This document shows positions 48,901-59,400 of a DNA stretch of 64,000 nucleotides, piece after piece. The DNA is from Podarcis bocagei. Its lineage: Eukaryota. The notes beneath the pieces are model-generated. The model ran no database searches and had not been told where the DNA came from. It saw only the letters and a program-made list of their open reading frames with translations. Each line of letters opens with the position of its first letter. Positions within the stretch are counted from its first letter, which is position 1. A program made the position numbers and the translations under genes. The stretch lies in assembly GCA_964188305.1 (NCBI GenBank), contig OZ076894.1, one strand, 5' to 3'.

Positions 48901-51900
48901 GATATTCAATATTCATTTGCATTTATTTATTTATTTTCCTTTGGACTCCATTTTTCTTTTGGCCATCACTACTTATGGCCTGAAGGGACTGAAGTGTGAG
49001 GTTACTGATATACCACATACCTTCCCAGGAAAAAAATGTGGCCTCTTGTAACCATCCTAAGTTCATAGTTTCTTTTCACAATGCTGACAGCACATGATTC
49101 TGACAGTAAGGCACAGAGAAACTGGAGAGCAGAGGTGGAAAAACTGTTGCACAACCCTTCCCCTTTTCACATTTACTTCAAAGTGCTTTTCCTTTCCCCT
49201 ACTCTCTCCTGCCTAAAATGAAAGCAGTAAGGGAGCATATGGGGCATGTGTCAGCATTTCTGCTCCTACTGCTTCATGCCAGCAGTCAGAAAGCTGGGGG
49301 AGAAGGGAGGAAAGAAATACGCGGAGAAGGTAAAGCTGAAAAGATCTCGGCAGCAGTTTCATTTTATAATTTTTATTACTAAATACTCATCTATTAATTC
49401 AAGCTTCTTTGTATGCATTAGATTGTGATCTCTTCAGAAGTACTTATAGGGCTGCTGGTTTTGGTGACTGCTGAAACTTAAGACTATAAACAATTTTTCC
49501 CCATACTCATTTTTTTTAATCTTTAATGTACAGTTTGATTTTTTATTATGTTTTAAGGAAGCTATTGACAGTTACTAATTTTCTTCAGTTCATAATTCTT
49601 TTGTTGTCTTTTATCAGTATGCACCATTCAAGACTTACAAGTCCTGACCTGGATCAAAAGTCAGGTAAGCAGAGTACAATAGTAGTACAATAGGCCCCCT
49701 CCTCCCAACTCCAGCCCATGTGTCCCCCTGATGTGTCTATTTCATGCCCCGTGTACATACCTTATTGGCTAAATTGTCATCTAGATAAGCAACTCTTTCT
49801 GTCTTTTCATCTACACTTTCCTGGAGGCTGTCTTTTTCCTTAGCCAAGACATTAATTGTACTTCTGAGCACACTGATGGTCTCATCCTGTGCATGGTGCT
49901 TATTACTGAATTTACCTGAAAATAAATAAATACTGTTTGAATTATGAAGAGCAGGGGCTCCCAAAATGTGGTCTCCAGACTACATTCAGGGGGGCTTCAG
50001 CATGTCTGTGGATTTGTGGTTGAAGATGGGAAACAGTATGTTCATTGCAATGAAAAGTCACATTTATTTCAATTGTATTTTAATTGCTTCTTTTATATCT
50101 TATTTTGTATTTTATTGTACTACAATAGGAATCTATGGAAAACAATAAAATTTAATTTATGAGAAATAAAAGCAGCAATAAAATGCATTGAAAAAACTAT
50201 ACGGAATCTAGAACAGCACATTACAATTGATACAAAAGGCAGAAAAATAATTAAGCAGTTAGCAAAGACTCCTAGCAATTTTCAAGCAGTCCATGGGGCA
50301 AAACGTTTAGGGATCTATTGATGTAGAGCTTAAAGATGACAGCTAATGTTGTGTGAGCAGACATTCACTCATGTAATGGAACTTTTCAAGCAGTCCATGG
50401 GGCAAAAACTTTAGGGATCTATTGATATAGAGCTTAAAGATGACAGCTAATGTTGTGTGAGCAGACATTCACTCATGTAATGGAACTTCTCCTTCCACCT
50501 GCCGCCTTATCTCTGACCCCCCTCACCCAACAATATCTCTGACCCCCTCACAGAACAATGTTCTGTGCCAAGAGTTAAACTAGTCTCAATCTCTTGACTT
50601 TTCAGATTAAGTAGTTAAGCCGTAAATTTTTCACTCTAAGAAATAAAACAGCATTCACCTGTTTTTTCTTCTAGCAATAAAATTTCTTCTTGAGCCAAAT
50701 GAAGTTCATCATCTTTAAGAGCCAACTGATGCTGCACTTCATCTAAAGATTTTTGTATCTGTTCATTTAGTAGTCTGCAGAATTGATATCCATTTTGGAG
50801 GGAGGGGGGAAACAGGTGCAGGTTTTTAAATGTAAATAAGTTAGAATATGATAAGCACAACCTGAAAACACTGCAAAGCACAGAATTATGCAGCAAAGGG
50901 AATGACACTTTCGAATGAGCTTACAAAAACAGCAATTAGTAGCTGTACCTTTTAAAGCTTTTAAAAAACAGCCTCAGAAAACTAAAACCATGCATCAGGA
51001 TATATCAGCTAGAAATGCAGAGACACTGAACATTATACTTTTAAGGAATCCAATCTTTTATCTCCTGAAATTGGGGCACTGACACAATTTGGGGCTTAAT
51101 TCGAACCAAAGCACAGCCGAAGCCTCTTGCTTAATGAAATAACTGGACTGAACCCTAGGATGTGTTAAGTAATACTAAATTGTCTTCAAGCATATTCAGT
51201 GTTCCTTTCCATCATTACTAAGCAACTGGAATGTCCACATATTATTTTGAATTAAGGAACACAGCTTCCAATATGACTTTCAGGCAATTATGGAGCCTGC
51301 ATCTCTATTTAAGGTCTGAAAATTGATGCAAATATTTCCTGTAAAATGACATAAATTAATAGATTTGAGCAAGGCACCAATAAGATACTAAATAAATGGC
51401 TGAACTTACTGAAGGGAGTTTATTTCTGTTTTAAATTGTGAAGCATCTTCAGACAACTGAGACAGCTGATGAGACTTAATATTTGATTCATCTTCTAAGC
51501 AGACTATTTTGTTTTTTAACAATGAAATAGTAGTTACTTGATCAAGATGTTCAGTCTCCAACTGCAGCAGAAAACAACACACAAATATTATTTTCTGAAT
51601 CTGCTAAGAGCAGCATTTTTCTTGAGAAAAAAAATTAAGTATTTAAAAAGCTAAGCAAAATCCTAATAAAGACCAGTTCACTCAAATTCAATAAAAACTG
51701 CAAAACTACAGCTGTAATCTTAAGCTCCTTAGAATCATAGTGTTGGAAGGGACCGCAAGGGTAACCTTGTCCAACCCCCTTCAGCGCAGAAATCACAGCT
51801 AAAAGATCCCTGACAATGTGGCCATCCAACCTCTGATTAAAAACTAATGAAAGAGAGTCCATCACCCTCTAAGGTAAACTGTTTTAGTTTTTTAGTTTAG

Positions 51901-53410
51901 GCCCAGTTCTCCAGTCTGTTAAGGTAATCTTGAATCCTGATTCAATCTTCTGAGGTATAAACTACCCCTCCTAGTTTGGTGCCATCTGCAAATTTGATAA
52001 GCACCCCCTCATTAGTGAACTCCACCAAAATCTTTTAGTTGTTAAGGCGCAATGTACCGGCAGTAAAGCTCACAATAATGGAGCTGCCATCAGGAAAAGG
52101 AAATTGAAAAGGAATTGCTAAAAGTTCATACGATGTCTATCGAAAACCTGGTCTTGCAAATGATTGTGAGAAGTAAACGGACAAAAGCCATGGTCTCAAT
52201 CATAATTTGAATAGTCAACACACAAACAATGACATTCCATCACTACGCATTAATAAATTCTGATGCCAGCAAGTATTTAAATCACTTACTCTGTGAACAG
52301 TGTTTTCCAAGTCTGATATTTCCTGTTCTAACTTTGATTTTTCATCCTGATGGACCTTATGAAACAAAGAAAAACAACTCATCAGAGGGCATTGTTTAAT
52401 TGTCTGATTAACCTTTGAGCATCTGATCGTCTAGGGAGCATGGGAATTAGGAGACATAAAGAAAACTGCACCTACTCTCTATGCCTTTAGAACACTGAAC
52501 TTGGCTAATATATGTGCTATGTGGAAAGGTGAGGCAGGAAGAACAGACACAGAAGGCATGGGTTTATGTCAGGGCTGGAGTCAAAAATCATGACAGCAAG
52601 CAAGAAGCAGAGTTTATCAGAGAAGTTAACTCTTTATTTAAAGAAATGGTATACAACTCAGCAACACTTCCCAGCAAGTCCTGCCCCTATAGAGCAGCTG
52701 CCAGGACTGAATGTCCCCACCTTCAACCTCCTCTAAAGCTCCCCCTCTGCTGGATGTTTCCCAAGCAGCCTCAAACTGCATCTAGGCATCTCTAATCTCT
52801 GCTCCACTCTATGCATCATTCTGTGTGTCATTGGAGACAAGGGGGCTCTTTTCTCCAAAAGGGGGGGGGGCAGGACATCACTTTCGAGCTGCTGCTGCTT
52901 TTGACTGGCTCTGCCCTGCCTCCATTTGTTTCCTGCAGGTTCGACTGATAAAGAATTCCTTGGGAGCAGAGTCTGGGTGTCAGTTGTTGAAGCCTCTCCT
53001 CTGCTCCTGATGACTCTGCTGCTGGTTCCATAGCAGCTCACATGGATACTCACACAATGTTAATATTAACAACAATAGAAGCAGCGCTCCCCCCCCCCTT
53101 AAAAAATGTTTAGGGGTGCTCTCATTTTGACTCAAGAAAATCACCATTTTATAGTTCAAGTTGGGAGAAATAAATACAGTAAATGGACAAAAGTACAAAG
53201 ATTCACAAAATGTTTAGGGGTATGCGTACCCCTGCATCCCCCCAGAAAAAAGCACTGCATATATGGGTCCAGAACACTATATATATATGGGTCCAGAACA
53301 CTAGAAGTATTATGTGCAAGATAGCAGCTTATTGACTTCATCTGTAGCATGGTTTCCCCCCCCCCAAAAAAAAACTGACGCTCCAAATAATAATAATAAT
53401 AATAATAATA

Positions 53411-53455
<45 letters not shown>

Positions 53456-56400
53456 TATATACCACCCTTTATCACAAGATCCCAAGGCAGTTCACAAGAT
53501 AAAAATGTGTCTTAGAAATTTTTGAATGGCTTTGGCTGAAATCAGTGAATTGACTGCCCTGCTTAATTGCGCCATCCATGGGGAGTAGCGACTTTTGTGA
53601 GGTAACAAAGTAGCACAAAGTTATCGCAAGCTCGAAACATTACAAAAAAGCATTATTTGTAAAATGATGACCTTTAACTTCTCTCTTAGTCCTTCTTTCT
53701 CTGCCACCACTCTTCTGAAATCGGACATTGCAATGTTCCGCTCCTCTTCTGCGTAACTTTGTGTCATAAAAGAAGTTTTTGTTTCTCTCCGTAGACGGTT
53801 TAACTCATCTTGAGACTTAAAAAGGAAAAAAAATAAACGTTTTTTAAGTGTATCAATAAAATGAATATATATATGCAAGCTATCAGATCATGCATGGAGG
53901 AAAGAAAGGCGTAAGATGGTGGGTGAAAGAAAAAAGATGGAGAACAAATAAAACGCTGCCAAGTATATGAGGACTTTGGCCCAGCACTGACTTGTACCAT
54001 GCCACCTGCCCAACCAGAGGCCATTCTTACCCAGTTCAATGATAGCTATGCATCTGGTGCAGGTTAAGACATTGTCTCAACAGCATAAATCTATTACCTG
54101 TCCTTTAATCTGCATTCATTCCTCTTTCTGTTACTTCCATGTCTAAGCCTGGCTCTGCAGCAATTGCTGCATCCTATTCTCACAGTGGTGAACCAGATGC
54201 ATGTGGGAAACCTGCAAGCAGGACCTGAGGACAAAAGCACTCTCCCCTCCTGCAGTTTCCAAGACGTATTCAGAAGCCTCCTGCCTCTGACTATGGAGGC
54301 AGAACATAGTCATCCTGGTTAGTAGCCACTAATAGCCTTAGCCACCACGATTTTGTCTAATTCTCTTTTGAAGAGTATTTCTATGATTATATGTTGCTTC
54401 CTTCTTGCTCCTGCAAATCTCGGCTCCATTATACATGTTATGTCAGTGGCCCCACCTATTAATTTGGACTTACCCGTTCATAAAGAATGCTTAGTTTGTC
54501 TCTTTCTGCAGTTAAGAGTTTGACATTAGATTGAATTTCTATCATGTGCTTTTCAAATCTTTCTAGCATAGACTGTAGCTCATCTCTTTCTCGGGTGACC
54601 AATCTTAGATCACCATTCTGTCAAAAAAATAAGGGGGGGGGGGGGAGGAAAATCACACATTAAAAACTATATTACTAGTTACCCGGCACAGATACTGTAC
54701 TGTTACTGACAGGTGCTACTGATGTAAATAATCAGCGCTGAAATACTGGGTTAAATTACTTTAATTATACTGAAGTAATTAAGACAGATATGTCTGATGA
54801 CAGGATTATACCTCAAACTATGGCTGAGTTCAGACGATCATTCCAGGCTTCATAAACAGCTTAGCATTAGAAGAGTGGGTCTATGTGAGCCCTGGGCATG
54901 AGGAACATATGCATTTTAGGCTGTAGTCCTATGCATGTTTAATTAAGGAAAAGAATCTTACTGAATTAAGTGGAATGTACTTCTGAGTAAATATGAATAG
55001 TAATATCATCATACTGTACTGCCTCATATTTAACCCTAACGCTCCAATTTTTGGACAGTATCAAATTGCTATTAAAGCCCAACAGATACCTTTAAAGACC
55101 CAGCAGGAAGTAAAATTGATTTGATTTAAAACTAACTTGTTTAACATAAAAATACACTGTATTGACACTACGTTTCAAAAACACAGCTCAAGCACCAAAT
55201 CTACTGAGATACAATGTTTACTTAAATTCTTCATTGGGCTCTCTGGAAGCCATGAAAGATACAGCAGAAGAGAAAGTAAAACAAAAACAAGCAAACAAAC
55301 AAACAAAATGCTTAGGTGAAATATTGCACTCATAGTAAATAATATAAGATATATCCCCAGTGGCCTAATAGGGACTTTCAAGAAGGCAAATCAGAAAGCA
55401 TTGTCACAAATTTGCACTATAAGTATAAACATGCTCCAAGCTGGATTTACACCTGATGGCAAAGTTCATTCCTGAAGTCCAACTGCACAGAAACACTTTG
55501 CAATGTTTGGGAGCTATTTGCTTTGTTTTAGCAAACAGATGAATGTAGAGGGGGGAAATTATTACAAAGCAGGGTAAGGTAAAGGTAAAGGGACCCCTGA
55601 CCATTAGGTCCAGTCGTGACCAACTCTGGGGTTGCGGCGCTCATCTCACTTTATTGGCCAAGGGAGCCGGCGTACAGCTTCCGGGTCATGTGGCCAGCAT
55701 GACTAAGCCGCTTCTGGCAAACTATAGCAGCGCATGGTAACGCCGTTTACCTTCCCGCTAGAGCGGTACCTATTTATCTACTTGCACTGTGATGTGCTTT
55801 CAAACTGCTAGGTTGGCAGGAGCTGGGACCAAGCAACGGGAGCTCACCCCGTCGCGGGGATTCGAACCGCCAACCTTCTGATTGGCAAGTCCTAGGCTCT
55901 GTGGTTTAACCCACAGCGCCACCCGCGTCCCTATTCCAGGATTTCTGAAGTGGTCTAAACAGGGGAAAAACAGCATTTCAAATATGCAATTTTCTATACC
56001 ATATTCTGAGAATTTTCTGGGAATAGAATGGATCCCAGTTAATGAAGGTGTTCAACAGTTTCTCTTTTCCATTCACATTGGTAAACTAGACAGATAGCTT
56101 TGTAATGCAAACTTTTTTTAAAAATTGAAAAACAGGAGTCAAGGGGGGAAATGAAACACAAACAGTTAAGGGACCCCATGTTCTCTGAAGAATACATTGA
56201 ATATGAAGTGGTTCAGGTTTGCTAAAAAGTTTTACAAATATTTTGAAAAGCTGCTGGGGTCTGCAGCAAATCCACTGGCATACAAGTATTAAACCTTGCA
56301 CTTCTATTGGAAAACATTGTTTTCCCTTACTAAAACAGTATGAATTCAGTTAGCCAGTCTGACTACTTGAGAAATGCCTCCTCCTTACTACTGGCAGTCA

Positions 56401-59400
56401 CATCTGAGTAGTACGGCAGTTGTAAACTGGGGCACCATATGAAAAAGGTTACTAGGCATTATAATGTATTTAACAAAAAAATTATTACCTTTTCTGGTGA
56501 CTTGCGTAATGGGCTAGATCTTTGTTTAATTATCTTTTGGAGACACTCTAGCTCACGCTTATAGTAGTCCCTGTCTTCTTCTATAGTTTTTACAAATGCA
56601 TCCAGACGAGAAGGTGATTTGTCCCCAAGTGCTATACCGCCTTCTAATCTCATTTTCTCAAGTTCTACAACAAGCTCCCGATCTGCATGAGAAAATAACC
56701 AACAAGCATGAATGAAGTTAGCATATACCAGAGGTGGTCAATTTAAAGAAAACCAGCACATGGTTGAAGATATACAACGAAGATGCTAGAAGGAGCAAAG
56801 TCAGACAGAACTGCATTCATCCATCCTCAAGAAAATATGGACTAAAGGAGGAAGAATGCATTTTAAAAATTACTATCTTAAGAGGCAGTCCAATCTTTTA
56901 AGTCCAATCTTTTAAGAGTGGATAATACCAAGGAAACAGGTTTTACCCTATATGATGAAGAAAGGAAAAGAAAAATTGGGCTCACCAGGCAAATTCTGGT
57001 TCAAAAAATGTGTAGGTAACTCACCAGCGAAGTAAGTTGTACATGTTAAAAGTTCTGCTATCTTCAGTGTATTTCCCCCAGCATTTGAATACAAGCTATC
57101 ACAGTGGTCCCCAACCTTTCTGAACAATTCTCATAGGCACTACAACAGAATGGCTGCAGTGGTGGTGAGCCTAGCACAAGACACCCATTTCACAGAAGGG
57201 AAACTGTTTCCTGCCTCTCCCGACCCCTAACTTTGTCACTCCGTTCCTCTAGGCCCCTTCCCCGCACTGCTACTTCCTTCATCACCATCAGAGCCCCCCA
57301 CCGAGGATAAGGCCGAGAGGGAACAAACGAACAGCAAAAGTAAAGGGGAGCAGAGGCAAAAGTAAAATCCCAAAGAAAAGCAAAACTTCAGAACAATAGA
57401 AAAGAGTTCTCCATAAGGCACATTGCCTTCCACGACATCACTTGTGGATATCCCAGCTTTTGCCCTGCCTGTTTTTCCCCCCTGTTCGGTTGGAGTCTGC
57501 AGGAAGACTTCCAATTGGGCCACATTGTTGCTGTGGCAGCAATGGGGTGGATAGGGGCCTGAGCAACTCTCAAGTAGTGAGCTGTCGGTGACCCAGGGAA
57601 CATCTTGGTAGATGCTTGGTAGGTGCAGGTACTATGCTGTGGATTGTCTTGGGTACAACATGATCCACCAGATCTCTTAAAACACATACCTATTATTTCA
57701 AGGTTTTCAAGTTTTTTGGCCAGTCTATGGTTCTCTAGTTGAACCTGGTTTAACAACACTTCAAGATTTTGTTTTTCATCAGTTTTTCCATAGAGTTCTT
57801 CGGTCAGCCTGTCTTTTTCTCGCCGATATGTAGATAACTCCTAAAGTCAAATTACACATTTTCAAAATAGGATAGTACAGTAAATATAGAGTTTGTAAAA
57901 CAATATTTCATTGACATAGGTCTTTCTACTTATACATGATGCTTAAATCTAAATTCTAGTCATCTTCCAGACAAGTTGTAATAGCAAAATGCGGCATAAT
58001 GAAAGAATGTCTCCAGTAATGGGAAAGTGCAAACAATGTACTTTTAAAATTCCAGGTTTGGGAAAAGCAGAGAATTGCTTTCTCAAAATCTACTTGTTTC
58101 CTGTTGAAATCATGTGACTTAACATGCTTAACTGACTGGATTGTGCAAACTCTCTTTAATATAAGTGTGGCTTTCAAGACACAGTAGTTAGTTTTTTGTT
58201 CTGTTTGCAGTAGAGTTTAATCTAATCTGAAAACAAGAATACTGTTCTACCAAAACATGTCCAATAAAGGATATCACTTATTTTCTCTTTTCTTCTCTAG
58301 AACTTGTGCATTATCAGCTGTTTGTCAAGAAGTAGAAAAGCAGCACAGCTATCAAAATACTGCTGCTACTAATGCTTTCCTTTCTTGTTTTGTTAAACAG
58401 ATGTCTTTAGCACACACATTATATTCAGCCTAAATATCCAAGTATTAAAAATGCATTGAGTTAAATAAACTTATTCCACTTTAAAATTGTTACTTACTGA
58501 TTTAAGCTTCGCTATTGTCTCTTCACGATCTTGGATTTCAGTGTATGTTTTTTTAATCTCTTCCTGTAAATCATAAATGATAAAATGTTTATAAACGTGA
58601 AGAGTCTTTATAAATATGCCACCATATTACACAGATGCACTTCTTTTACACAGAAGTAAAAAAAAAAATCTTTTCATATTTTTAAGGTCATGTTCCTGTT
58701 TAAACATAAAATATATCAAGTAAGTCCACATGGTATCTAATATCTATTATATCTATAACTTTCATTCACATAATTTACAGAAAAAGAGCAGGGATGTACA
58801 AAACTGTCTGCAAAATGTTATGTACCGTATTTTTCGCTCCATAGGACGCTCCTGACCAAAAGACGCACCAAGTTTTTAGAGCAGGAAAACAAGAAAAAAA
58901 ATCTGACTCAAATTTTGTACTAAACTATTTAAAACAGCAAAGTGTGTGGCTCCTGTCCACTTTGCTGCTTTAAAGCGAGCCATGGTATATAATGATGAGA
59001 ATGGAAAAAGGACACATTCCATTATAATGTAGCTGTTTTCATTATCACTGGGAAGTCAGTATTGGCAGCAGTCACAAAAACTAAAATTTGAGCATTTTAC
59101 TGTTATTAATCAAGAATATTAATAGTCAGGGAGAGAAACCAGGGCTGTGCAAATGAGAAGTGCTTGGAGTNNNNNNNNNNNNNNNNNNNNNNNNNNNNNN
59201 NNNNNNNNNNNNNNNNNNNNNNNNNNNNNNNNNNNNNNNNNNNNNNNNNNNNNNNNNNNNNNNNNNNNNNNNNNNNNNNNNNNNNNNNNNNNNNNNNNNN
59301 NNNNNNNTGGCTGGGCCTCCCCAGCCACTCTGGGCGGCTTCCAAAAGAATATTAAAATACTGTGAAGCTAAAGATCAAATGATTGTGCTCCAGTTCCTAA

